29,123 nucleotides of DNA. It comes from Octopus sinensis (Eukaryota). The notes under the pieces were generated by a model, which saw only the letters and a program-made list of their open reading frames with translations, did not search any database and had not been told where the DNA came from. The DNA lies in assembly GCF_006345805.1 (NCBI RefSeq), contig NW_021833147.1, positions 1 to 29,123 on the forward strand. Direction: 5' to 3'. The position numbers were made by a program, and so were the translations under genes. This document shows, one piece after another, positions 1 to 9,700 of the stretch; position 1 is the stretch's first letter; each line of letters begins with the position of its first letter.

Positions 1-149
1 TCTATCTTTCACTCTCTGTTGCCCCTTTCTTCTTCTTTTCAGGGAACTCTTTTTATATCCACCAACTCCTTTGAACATGGCACAATATATAACTTAAGGG
101 CATATTGCTGCTATTTCTAGCAAATCGAGTGACGACGCAGAAGATGCAT

Positions 150-233
150 CACATATGTGTGTATTTGTATGTCCGTGTGTCTGTGTGCTTGCGTGCGAAA
201 GCATGTGCGCGGTGTGTGTGTGTGTGCGTATGC

Positions 234-269
<36 letters not shown>

Positions 270-817
270 AAGAGATATAGACTGTGGGTGTGTGTGCGAG
301 TGTGTATTTGTGTGAAGGTGTGTGTGTGTGTGCACGCGTGAGTTTGTGTGTGTGTGTAAGAGAATTAGAATGTGTGAGTGTATCTGTGCACATGTAAGTG
401 TATGCATTTTTGAGTGTGTGCGTGCGTGAGAGTGTGTGTGTGCGTGAGAGTGTGTGTGTGTGTGGCGTGAGAGTGTGTGTGTGTGTGCGTGAGAGTGTGT
501 GTGTGTGTGTGTGTGAGAGTGTGTGTGTGTGTGCGTGAGAGGTGTGTGTGTGTGCGTGAGAGTGTGTGTGTGTGCGTGAGAGTGTGTGTGTGTGTGTGCT
601 GAGAGTGTGGTGTGTGTGTGCGTGAGTGTGTGGTGTGTGTGTGCGTGAGAGTGAGTGTGTGTGTTGTGTGTAAGTGTATGCATGATCGAGTGTATGTGTG
701 CGTGAGAGTGCGCGCGTGTGTGTATGTGTGTGTGTTAGAGTGTATGTAGTAATGTGTCAGTGTATGTGTGAGTATGTGCGTATATATGCTTGTGTATATG
801 AGTGTGTGTGTGTGTGT
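150..817. repeat. Compound (TG)n microsatellite with a recurring GCGTGAGAGT interruption
   Basis: Long TG runs punctuated by gtgcgtgagagt; the ORFs here are HT/CV dinucleotide translations. Confidence 0.95.
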
Positions 818-965
818 AATGCCGTCTCTCCGCCAACTGGACTGGTTGGGGGGGGGGGGACTTCGTCATGAAATACACAAAGTTTAGGGGGCATCTTGAA
901 TCTGTGGCAAACACTTACCTTCCCGGGTCTCGAACCCAGCAAATTTCCTCGTCAAGGTGAAGATG

Positions 966-1050
966 AGTCGTCCACCCTAGTATATAACTGGTATCTTATT
1001 CATCGACCACGAAAAGATCGAAGTCGGTACAGGCGGAAATCGAACCCAAG
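966..1050 (-). mobile_element. Degenerate SINE family B fragment
   Basis: ccctagtatataactggtatcttattcatcgaccacgaaaagatcgaagtcg...ggcggaaatcgaaccc aligns with the reverse strand of the intact copy at 1414-1631. Confidence 0.6.
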
Positions 1051-1084
1051 CCACAGCGAGGCAGTTTTGTTTCCAACGTCGATC

Positions 1085-1377
1085 TGTGCGCGCGTGCATG
1101 TGAATGTGTGTGTGTGTTTGTGTGTGTGTGTGCGTGTGTGTGCGTGTTCGTATGCGTATCTGTATGTATATATGTGTTTACGTACGTGTGTGTGTATGTA
1201 TGTATTCATATATGTGTATGTGTGTGTATATATATGTATATATATGTATATGTATATATATATATACATACATATATATATACACACACACAAACTTATG
1301 TGTGTAACTGTGTGTGTGTGTGTGTTAATGCATGTAATATACTTTTGTATCCTTCCTTGTATATATATATATATATA

Positions 1378-1413
<36 letters not shown>
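1085..1413. repeat. (TG)n/(TA)n compound microsatellite
   Basis: Directly visible dinucleotide runs. Confidence 0.95.
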
Positions 1414-1416
<3 letters not shown>

Positions 1417-1631
1417 CGGCGAGTTGGTAGAAACGTTAGCACGCCGGGCGAAATTCGTCTGTCGTTACGTTCCGAGTTCAAATTCCGCCGAGGTCGACTT
1501 TGCCTTTCATCCTTTCGGGGTCGATAAATTAAGTACCAGTTACGCACTGGGGTCGATGTAGTCGACTTAATCCCTTTGTCTGTCCTTGTTTGTCCCCTCT
1601 ATGTTTAGCCCCTTGTGGGCAGTAAAGAAAT
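1414..1631 (+). mobile_element. tRNA-derived SINE family B, near full length
   Basis: Head aggcggcgagttggtagaa (A-box-like), B-box gagttcaaattccg, body gtcgactttgcctttcatcctttcggggtcgataaattaagtacc, tail gggcagtaaagaaat. Several other copies occur in the window. Confidence 0.9.
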
Positions 1632-1638
1632 ATATATG

Positions 1639-1677
<39 letters not shown>

Positions 1678-1678
<1 letters not shown>

Positions 1679-1824
1679 TCTATTTCTATTTCTTTATTGC
1701 CCACAGCGGGCTATACACAGAGGGGACGAACAAGAACAGACAAACAGATTAAGTCGATTATATCGACCCCAGTGCGTAACTGGTACTTATTTAATCGATC
1801 CCGAAAGGATGAAAGGCAAAGTCA
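1678..1824 (-). mobile_element. SINE family B, 5'-truncated
   Basis: Reverse complement of the 3' ~145 nt of the copy at 1414-1631; the two lie tail-to-tail. Confidence 0.88.
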
Positions 1825-1921
1825 TATATATATATAATGTATATTGTGTGTGTGTGCGTGCGCAATTAATCACGTGTGCGCAACTGGATCTGAGTGTATA
1901 CTTTAGTATGTTAAATACATA

Positions 1922-1990
<69 letters not shown>

Positions 1991-2003
1991 GCATACAAAT
2001 ACT

Positions 2004-2300
2004 TGCATTTATACATATATACACATATAAGATTACACATTCATGCATGTATCTCCCCCTCTCTCTATTATATACATTTAGAGACATGCATGCAAAATAG
2101 ATATACGTAGTCAATACACACACACACACCACACACCACCACATATATATATATATATATATACACACTGCCTACAATAATGCATTTATACATTATACAC
2201 ATATAAGATTACACATTCATGCATGTATCTCCCCTCTCTCTATATATATACATTTAGAGACATGCATGCAAATATAGATATACGTAGTCAAATACACACA
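2004..2300. repeat. Direct duplication with ~177-bp period
   Basis: tgcatttatac...gattacacattcatgcatgtatctcccctctctc...agagacatgcatgcaaa...gtagtcaa starts at 2004 and again at 2181; a diverged partial third copy lies near 3540-3580. Confidence 0.9.
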
Positions 2301-2409
2301 CACACACACACACACACAACATCTATCTATCTATCTATCTATCTATTTATCTATCTATCACACACACACACACACACACACAAATATATATATATATGTG
2401 TGTGTGTGT

Positions 2410-2580
2410 GACCTCGTGTGTACCGTTGGCGATTTTTTTCTCCCGTCTTCCCTTCTCTGGATCTTTCCTTCTATGTTTCCGACGAAGAGCTCCGCTCGAA
2501 ACGTTAAACCCTCCTTCTTTCCTTCTTTCTTCACATTGTTGTGTTTTTTTGTGCTTTCATGTTTGGATTAACTATATATA
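2410..2580 (+). mobile_element. Penelope-like (PLE) terminal-repeat remnant carrying a hammerhead-like motif
   Basis: Pyrimidine-rich segment containing gacgaagagctccgctcgaaacgt, embedded in TG/TA microsatellite; same architecture as 8475-8670. Confidence 0.6.
2475..2509 (+). ncRNA. Minimal type I hammerhead ribozyme-like motif (core U4>C)
   Basis: gttt-CCGACGAA-gagc-tcc-gctc-GAAA-cgt-t-aaac: stem I gttt/aaac, stem II gagc/gctc, palindromic ACGT stem III. Confidence 0.65.
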
Positions 2581-2711
2581 TATTATATATATATATATAT
2601 TATATATTTATTCGTTGTTGCTAGTAATATACGGTTTATGCTGCGCTTCTTCCATATATGTTCGTGTGTGTTTGTATGCTCGCATGTGTGTTTAATGGTC
2701 GTATGTTTGTG

Positions 2712-2760
<49 letters not shown>

Positions 2761-2762
<2 letters not shown>

Positions 2763-3128
2763 GTGCAGGAGTGGCTGTGTGGTAAGTAGCTTGCTAACCA
2801 ACCACATGGTTCCGGTTCAGTCCCACTGCGTGGCATCTTGGCAAGTGTCTTCTGCTATAGCCCCGGGCCGACCAATGCCTTGTGAGTGGATTTGGTAGAC
2901 GGAAACTGAAAGAAGCCTGTCGTATATATGTATATATATATATAAGTGTGTGTGTATATGTTTTGTGTCTTTGTTTGTCCCCCTGCATTAGCGGTTCGCA
3001 AAAGAGACCGATAGAATAAGTACTGGGCTTACAAAGAATAAGTCCCGGGGTTCGATTTGCTCTCGACTAAAGGCGGTGCTCCAGCATGCCGCAGTCAAAG
3101 ACTGAACAAGTAAAAGAAAAGAAAGAAA
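2761..3128 (+). mobile_element. tRNA-derived SINE family A with an internal deletion
   Basis: Head aggtgcaggagtggctgtgtggtaag, B-box-like ggttcagtcc, internal TA/TG tract and tail gactgaacaagtaaaag. Lacks the gcttgacaacc...cgtcactt block present at 9529-9567. Confidence 0.92.
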
Positions 3129-3169
3129 TAATATATAGTACGTTTAAATATTGTTGTGCAAGATTTGTT

Positions 3170-3404
3170 ATGTGAAGTCGTGTGTTTGAAACAGATATTG
3201 TTATATTTCGGAATGGTCATTTTGCCAGTTTAGCCAAACAAAGGACCACTGATGCGGTCACAGGAGTTGACGAAAGAACTCTGGCCGAAATAAGATTAAG
3301 ATTAATGTAAAAAATAAATAACACTGAAGCAAAGTAACACCAAATATATAGTGCGTGTGTTTTTATTGGCTAAACTGGCAAAATGACCATTCCGAAATAT
3401 AACA

Positions 3405-3408
<4 letters not shown>
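3170..3408. mobile_element. PLE-like remnant with a perfect 43-bp inverted repeat (3195-3237 / 3366-3408)
   Basis: atattgttatatttcggaatggtcattttgccagtttagccaa and its exact reverse complement flank a hammerhead-like motif. Confidence 0.6.
3243..3286 (+). ncRNA. Hammerhead ribozyme-like motif (core A9>C variant)
   Basis: ggacca-CTGATGCG-gtca-caggagt-tgac-GAAA-gaac-TC-tggcc: stem II gtca/tgac, stem I ggacca/tggcc with one bulge, NUH triplet CUC. Confidence 0.55.
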
Positions 3409-3435
<27 letters not shown>

Positions 3436-3470
3436 ATATACAGGTGCAGGATAGGGCTATATATATATAG

Positions 3471-3502
<32 letters not shown>

Positions 3503-3604
3503 TAGAGAGAGAGATAGAAGAGAGAGGAGAGAGATGAGAGAGAGACATTACATGCAAAATATAGATCACAAGTAGTCAAATGTTTGCCAACAAACGTTTC
3601 GCCC

Positions 3605-4340
3605 TAGACATACCAGCTGTGGCCATCCTGGCTATTAGCATGCCTAAGACAGTATAATCCAATATAGCCTTCCCTTTCTAAAAAAAAACCCTAGGCTCCC
3701 TCTTTTTTTAAGACAGTAGGGTATGATTTAAGGAATTCTTGGCCGTTGTTTCTAGACTCCACAGTGACCACGTTCGGGCGCTCTCTTTGTTATCTGTGTT
3801 GGTTATTGCTACCAGTAGATTTATAATCAGAGCCAATCTATTCGTGCCCATCTCAACCGTACTTGATGCTATCTACCACATGGTCTTGAACAAAATTGGG
3901 GAGGCGGTGCAATTTGAAGGTAATGTTAGCTGCTATTTCCAGTACACTGCTATTTCTAGTTTAACCCCAGGTCAGTCCTGATTGAGCTGACCTATGATCA
4001 AAAATGTCTCCAACCGTGACCACTTTGATGAATTACATCGTCCAGTTTGTCCATTCATTCCTTACTTAAGACGGCAGAGAATGATATGAGAGAAACTTGG
4101 CTGCTATTTCTCGCAAAAAGAATGACCGCATAATGGCAACCTCACTCCACGCATTAATATGTTTCGCCGCAAAGAGCTTTGATATAGCCGACCTATGATC
4201 AAAGGCATTCCAAACGTGGCTATCCCTGCTTATTTCATACATGCAAGGAACTGAGGACTTCATTTATCCAAAGTGTCCGCTTGTTTGGCTTTACGGTATG
4301 GTTTGGGGGAGATTTGGCTGCTATTTCTAACAACGTAAGA
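3605..4340 (-). mobile_element. Cluster of degraded fragments of an old (CAA)n-tailed retroposon-like repeat
   Basis: Recurrent motifs gctgctatttct (near 3930, 4100, 4320), taagac.gtagggt.tgattt, ccccaggtcagtcctgat and gacctatgatcaaa (near 3965-4005 and 4190); same family as the 126-bp satellite. Confidence 0.65.
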
Positions 4341-4385
4341 TCTATTGGTTTCGAATTACGACACCAGGCCAGCAACTTCGGGGCA

Positions 4386-4562
4386 GTGAGTAAGTCGATT
4401 ACATCAACCCCAGTTATCCACTGGTACTTATTTTATCGAGCCCGAAAGGATAAGAGGCAAAGTCGACCTGGGCAGAATTTGAACTCAGGACGTGGTGGCG
4501 TACGAAATGCCGCTAAACCTTTTTGACAGGTGCCCTAACAATTCTGCCAACTTGCTGCCTTA
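4386..4562 (-). mobile_element. SINE family B, diverged
   Basis: aagtcgattacatcaaccccag...gaatttgaactcagg...ctaacaattctgccaacttgctgcct. Confidence 0.85.
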
Positions 4563-4984
4563 TACTCTTTTTACTCTTTACTCTTTTACTTGTTTCAGTC
4601 ATTTGACTGTGGCCCTGCTGGAGCACCGCCTTTAGTCGAGCAAATTGACCCCGGGACTTATTCTTTTTTGTAAGCCCAGTACTTATTCTATCGGTGTCTT
4701 TTGCCGAACCGCTAAGTGACGGGGACGTAAACACACCAGCATCGGTTGTCAAGCAATGCTAGGGTGACAAACACAGACACACAAACACACACATACATAT
4801 ATATACGTATACATATATACGACAGGCTTCTTTCAGTTTCCGTCTACCAAATCCACTCACAAGGCATTGGTCGGCCCGGGGCTATAGCAGAAGACACTTG
4901 CCCAAGATGCCACGCAGTGGGACTGAACCCGGAACCGTGTGGTTGGTTAGCAAGCTACTTACCACACAGCCACTCCTGCGCCTT
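4563..4984 (-). mobile_element. SINE family A, full length
   Basis: Reverse complement of head (ccacacagccactcctgcgcct) through tail (ctcttttactcttttacttgtttcagtc). Confidence 0.95.
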
Positions 4985-5104
4985 ATGTGTATCTGTATAT
5001 TAACATGTTTCTACTTGTATGTCAATGTTTTTATAACACAGCAGCGACTTTTCTTTTGTGGTGTGGTGTACGTACAACTGTAACAAGACTTCAAAATGCA
5101 CTCA

Positions 5105-5260
5105 CACGTATGAGCACGTCTGTACGTGCTTACGCTGTTATGATTAGTATTATGGTGGCTGCCCCCTCGTTATCGAGTATGGCTATTGCACGAAGCTTAA
5201 TCAATGCTGTTATCGTGCAATGCCTGTGCAAGAAGACTTTTTTTAAAGTGAAGAAAGGCT
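5105..5260 (+). mobile_element. Possible internal fragment of an RTE-LINE 3' UTR
   Basis: cccctcgttatcgagtatggctattgcacgaagc...tatcgtgcaatgcctgtgcaagaagac resembles an octopus interspersed repeat from memory only; not verified. Confidence 0.3.
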
Positions 5261-6029
5261 GTACACTGAGTCAATCCCACTCACTAAGCAACAGTAGCCA
5301 TAATCCGAAAAGAAGAGCAAGTCGACATCATCGGTAACCACTGAGCCGCAGGTTTTATGTTGGAGTTATCCCAGTTACCTGAGTTACCTTCTCCTAGAAG
5401 GATGCCCTAACAAAGGCTAGGAGTCCTTCACTCCCAATGGTTTAAACGCGCGATAGGGTATTCAGTCCGATTATTTCTATGTCCCCGCACATGATACAGC
5501 CTTAAGACATTTATTGGATGGCCGTTGACTCTCAAGAGTTCCTCCGCCCTTTGACGGGTTTTGTTTTTCATCCCGCAGGGTGTCCAATAAACACCATCCT
5601 CACCAAGCAAGCTTAGTATTATACATACATACATACATACATACATACATACACACATATACACACACACACATACACACAAACATATATATGTATATAT
5701 GTGTGTGTGTGTGGGGGTGTGTAGGTATGTATGGCAGGTTTGGTAGCCTTCAACTAGCACTATCTCCTCCAAGACCCCGCGGCGCAAGTTGACCAAAATT
5801 GAGAGTAGAAGGCTTGCTCTTCCTTCCGTAGAAGAAAAAATTCAAATCAGACCATGTTAACACCAAAAATTATTTACATCAAAAAGATGCTTTTTTTCCT
5901 ATGAAAATCCCTATTTTTTACGATTTTTTGACTGCTGTGTTGCCATTTTTCGGTGTATTTCAACCAGAAAAATGGTCACTTAAAGAGAATAACAAGCTAC
6001 ATAACGGGGTATGTGCACTACTGGAAATA

Positions 6030-6945
6030 GTCACAAGACAGATTCTTCAAGCCGTGCCAACTGACAGGAGTCCTAGGGGGTGGCCTTATATTTTTGCAAT
6101 GTTAATCGACATGGTGCCTAGGTTAGAGATTATGGTGTCTCTCCAGGTCAAGTTGCTAGATCTGTACATTGAGAAGTCGCAACTCCGGTACTATGATATG
6201 TCACAGGAAAGAATTGCAAGGTGTATTCTTCAAGCTGGCAGAAACCAGGAACGAGATGGCTGGATAGTATCTTTTTTAGTCTTGGGTGGTCATGCTCGCG
6301 AATTCAGCCGCAAAGTATAATGACTGTTACCCCTGATATGACCTGATGGAGGAGGTACCCGAGGACTCTACATACCCCTGCGACATTTCTTGGGATTGTA
6401 GGCGGCAGTGAAAAAGGGCGAGCTGGATGGATGCAAAGATTACAAATTCTCCAAGCCGAGCCAATTGGCAGGAGACAGACCTAGGAGTAGGCCAACAATG
6501 AGATAATATCCGTAGTCTTGGTTGGTCATGCTTAGGAATTCAACCAGAAATTATAGTGACTATTGCTTCTGATGTGGAGGCGCAGTGGCCCAGTGGTTAG
6601 GGCAGCGGACTCGGGATCGGAGGATCGCGGTTTCGATTCCCAGACCGGGCGTTGTGTGTGTTTATCGAGCGAAAACACCTAAAAGCTCCACGAGGCTCCG
6701 GAAGGGGCTGGTGGCGACCCCTGTTGTACTCTTTTGCTCCAACTATCTCTCACTCTTTCTTCCTGTTTCTTGGGTGATGCTGCGATGGATGGACTGGCGT
6801 CCTGTCCAAATGGGGGGGAACACATACGTCAAAGAAAGCGGGAAACTGTGCCCATGGGTCTGGCTAGGCTTGAAAAGGGTGCATAAATAAATAAATAAAT
6901 TGTTTCTGATAGGACCCTATCGAGAAGGTACCTAAGAACTCTACA
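6030..6945 (+). pseudogene. Three diverged, tandem fossil pieces of an RTE (Expander/Rex3-like) reverse-transcriptase C-terminus, the third split by a SINE
   Basis: Translations ILQAVPTDRSPRGWP; LYIEKSQLRYY..SQERIARCILQA..WLDSI.SLGWSCSRIQPQSIMTV; ILQAEPIGRR.PRSRP..DNIRSLGWSCLGIQPEIIVTIASD. These resemble the RTE motif IERSQLRWLGHL..RPTGRRPRGRPRTRW. Frameshifts and stops are present. Confidence 0.7.
6574..6898 (+). mobile_element. tRNA-derived SINE family C (variant 1) with (TAAA)n tail and 12-bp TSD
   Basis: Head ggcgcagtggcccagtggttaggg...ggtttcgattccc (A/B boxes); TSD attgcttctgat (6562-6573) / attgtttctgat (6899-6910); RTE homology resumes after it. Confidence 0.88.
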
Positions 6946-6974
6946 GTATACATAATATAAATTCCTTATCTCGC

Positions 6975-7720
6975 CAATGGGTTAACTGGTTCAAACCCCG
7001 GCTACGTCTGTTCCAATAACTGGCGGTGACTTGGTCAGTGAATCCTTTGCGTTGGTCACCAATCAAGATGAGCTTCTACAGACCTCACTATCCCAAAGTG
7101 TGTATGAATGTGACCAGGAATCACGTGTGAACTTCTGTTCCCTTTGAAATTCCCAACATAAACTTTACTCGTCTTGAATCAGACTTTAAACTGCACCAGT
7201 GAATGGGACCTTGATTCAGGAATCCCAGGGTTTTGAGGCGTGTAGAACTACCTCTTAACCACTTTTATTCACATGTCTAATCAGACCTGGATTAGTAACA
7301 TCTATTAGGGTCCAGCACCTGTTAGGGTCCCAGCTATGGGGTAACTAGCATGAGTACCCCCCGTTTCAAACTCAGGCTACTGCTTCTGTTCCGATGCCTA
7401 GCGATGTCTTGGTCAGTGAATCCTCTATGCCCGTCGCCAGTCAGCTTCTAGGGATCACACTAATCTTTGAAGTGTGTATGAATGTGACCAGGGACCACAG
7501 GGAAACTTTTATTCCCAATGAAGCTCCCAACTTAAACTTTACTAGTCCTGGGTCAGACTTTAAACTGCATCAGGGAGTGGATCTTTGGTACAGGAGTTCC
7601 CGGGGTTTTGAGATATGTGGAACTACCTCTTAGCCACTGTTATTCACAGGATCCAGCACCTTTTAGGGTCCCAGTTGTAGGTTAACTAGTATGCGTACCA
7701 CCTGTTTCAAATCCAAGCTA
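6975..7720. repeat. Old diverged tandem duplication, ~378-bp period
   Basis: cttggtcagtgaatcc at 7030 and 7408; shared blocks aagtgtgtatgaatgtgaccagg, aaactttact, cagactttaaactgca, gaactacctctta and ttagggtcccag. Confidence 0.85.
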
Positions 7721-7725
7721 CATCT

Positions 7726-7908
7726 TACTTCTTTATGGCCCACAAGGGGCTAAACATAGAGGGGACAAGTAAAGACAGACAAAGGGATTAAGTCGATTAT
7801 ATTGACCCCAGTGCGTAACTGGTAGTTAATTTATCGACCCCGAAAGGATGTAAGGCAAAGTCGACCTCAGCGGAATTTGAACTCAGAACGTAACGGCAGA
7901 CGAAATAC
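7726..7908 (-). mobile_element. SINE family B, 5'-truncated
   Basis: Tail ttctttatggcccacaaggggctaaac through gaactcagaacgtaacggcagacgaaatacc. Confidence 0.92.
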
Positions 7909-8113
7909 CTATTTCTTTACTACCCACAAGGGGCTAAACACCGAGAGGACAAACACGGGCAGACAAACGGTTTAAGTCGATTATATCGACCCCAGTACGT
8001 AACTGGTACTTATTTAATCGACCCCGAAAGGATGAAAGGCAAAGTCGACCTCGGCGGAATTTGAACTCAGAACATAACAGCAGACGAAATACCGCAAAGC
8101 ATTTCGCCCGGCA
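7909..8113 (-). mobile_element. SINE family B, second member of a tandem dimer
   Basis: Directly abuts the previous copy in the same orientation and extends to catttcgcccggc. Confidence 0.92.
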
Positions 8114-8474
8114 GGGATTTCAGAATCGAAAGCAACCGTTGCATTTTGAAGCAGTCATTTAGAAAAATTACATTCTGAGGAGGGTCCATGCTTTTAATGA
8201 AGATGATCCGGGTGGAAAAGTGGAACCTTACAAGTTATACTTGATGTGTAGAAGACGCACGCTTTCCAACAAAGCTTTTTGAGGTGGAGGAGCAGGAATG
8301 GCTGTGTGTTAAGTAGCTTGCTTACAAACCACATGGTTTCGGATTCAGTCCCACTGCGTGGCACCTTGGGCAAGTGTCTTCTACTATAGCCTCGGGCCGA
8401 CCAAAGCCTTGTGAGTGATTTTGGTAGACGGAAACTGAAAGAAGCCCGTCGTATATATGTATATATATATATAA

Positions 8475-8669
8475 TTTTTTTTCTCTCCTTTTTTTTTCTC
8501 TCCTTGTTTCTCTCCGTGTTTCTTTTCTGTGTATCTTTCTGTTGAAGAGCGTAGGCTCGAAACGTAAAAGACTTGTTTTATTTATATTTCCTGAGCGCCA
8601 TACTAATACAATTGTTTGTTTGTATTCCACCTGCCTTCGTCTTTTGTTTATTTTCATAAAGCTTCCCGT

Positions 8670-8670
<1 letters not shown>
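8475..8670 (+). mobile_element. PLE-like remnant inserted in the (TA)n tract of a SINE-A copy
   Basis: Pyrimidine-rich leader plus gaagagcgtaggctcgaaacgt, with TA runs on both sides. Confidence 0.6.
8534..8571 (+). ncRNA. Minimal type I hammerhead ribozyme-like motif (core A6>U)
   Basis: tcttt-CTGTTGAA-gagc-gtag-gctc-GAAA-cgt-A-aaaga: stem I tcttt/aaaga, stem II gagc/gctc, GUA cleavage triplet. Confidence 0.65.
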
Positions 8671-8704
<34 letters not shown>

Positions 8705-9119
8705 TTTTACCCCAACATCGCTTGACAACCGATGCTGGTGTGCTAGCTCACTATCTTTTACGTGTAATGAAATAGGCTTGTTCTAGTGTGTATGCATGTG
8801 TGTGTTTGTTTGTGTGTGTGTGTGTGGGCATACCCGTATGTATACTGCATATATTTGCATTCAATTGCATGAAAGTTATCCCGAAAGTAAGGCAGAAATA
8901 AACACAGCTTATTAACTGACGCAAGCCGTTTAAATCGAACGTGTTGGTTGAGCAACTCTTTCATCTAAAGAAACTCTTTTTTCTGGTATTTTTCATTGAA
9001 TGGCTTGCAAACAGAAGCAGCGAACCGTTATTGAGTTCTTTATGAAGAAGGGCTGTTTGCTGTCTGAAAGTCCACAGAAGGCTATAGTTTTATTTTATAA
9101 TTATTATTATTATTATTAT

Positions 9120-9290
9120 AGGCGCAGGAGTGGCTGTGTGGTAAGTAGCTTGCTTACCAACCACATGGTTCCGGGTTCAGTCCCACTGCGTGGCACCTTG
9201 GGCAAGTGCCTTCTACTATAGCCTCGGGCCAACCAATGCCTTGTGAGTGGATTTGGTAGACGGAAACTGAAAGAAGCCTGTCATATATAT
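9120..9290 (+). mobile_element. SINE family A, 5' half
   Basis: aggcgcaggagtggctgtgtgg...gaaactgaaagaagcctgtc; preceded by (TTA)n. Confidence 0.93.
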
Positions 9291-9297
9291 ACGTATT

Positions 9298-9700
9298 AGG
9301 TGTAGGAGTGGCTGTGTGGTAAGTAGCCTGCTTACCAACCACATTGTTCCGGGTTCAGTCCCACAGCGTGGCACCTTGGGCAAATGTCTTCTACTATAGC
9401 CTCTAGCCGACCAAAGCCTTGTGAGTGGATTTGGTAGACGGAAACTGAAAGAAGCCCGTCGTATATATGTATATATATATATGTATGTGTGTGTGTTTGT
9501 TTGTCTGTGTTTGTCCCCCTAGCATTGCTTGACAACCGATGCTGGTGTGTTTATGTCCCCGTCACTTAGCGGTTCGGCAAAAAGAGACCGATAGAATAAG
9601 TACTGGGCTTACAAAGAATAAGTCCCGGGGTCGAGTTGCTCGACTAAAGGCGGTGCTCCAGCATGGCCGCAGTCAACTGACTGAAACAAGTAAAAGAGTA
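9298..9700 (+). mobile_element. SINE family A, full length
   Basis: Complete head-to-tail copy ending gactgaaacaagtaaaagagta; followed by (TTA)n. Confidence 0.95.

Larger units (their letters stand above)
8286..8750 (+). mobile_element. SINE family A, interrupted in its internal TA tract and 3'-truncated
   Basis: 5' half at 8286-8460; resumes after the insert with catcgcttgacaaccgatgctggtgtg near 8716-8742. Confidence 0.88.

Noticed and set aside
15-120. Polypyrimidine tract plus cag at about 15-42 as a splice acceptor or exon
   Set aside because: No recognisable coding sequence or convincing donor follows, and the segment ends in the gctgctatttctagc repeat motif. Small exons in unique patches (for example 13480-13620, 15140-15300, 18775-18930, 27700-28070) cannot be excluded without RNA data.
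5345-5620. Possible retroelement UTR fragment (gagttaccttctcctagaaggatgccctaacaaaggctag)
   Set aside because: Only a vague resemblance from memory; no second copy, ends or TSD to support a call.
5901-6320. 139-aa ORF as a host gene
   Set aside because: A chance open frame across repeat-like sequence and RTE fossils; the RTE motifs switch frame within it.
6574-6650. tRNA genes at the SINE heads (also 1414, 2761, 9120, 28117)
   Set aside because: A/B boxes are present but there is no complete cloverleaf, and each runs into a multicopy SINE body.
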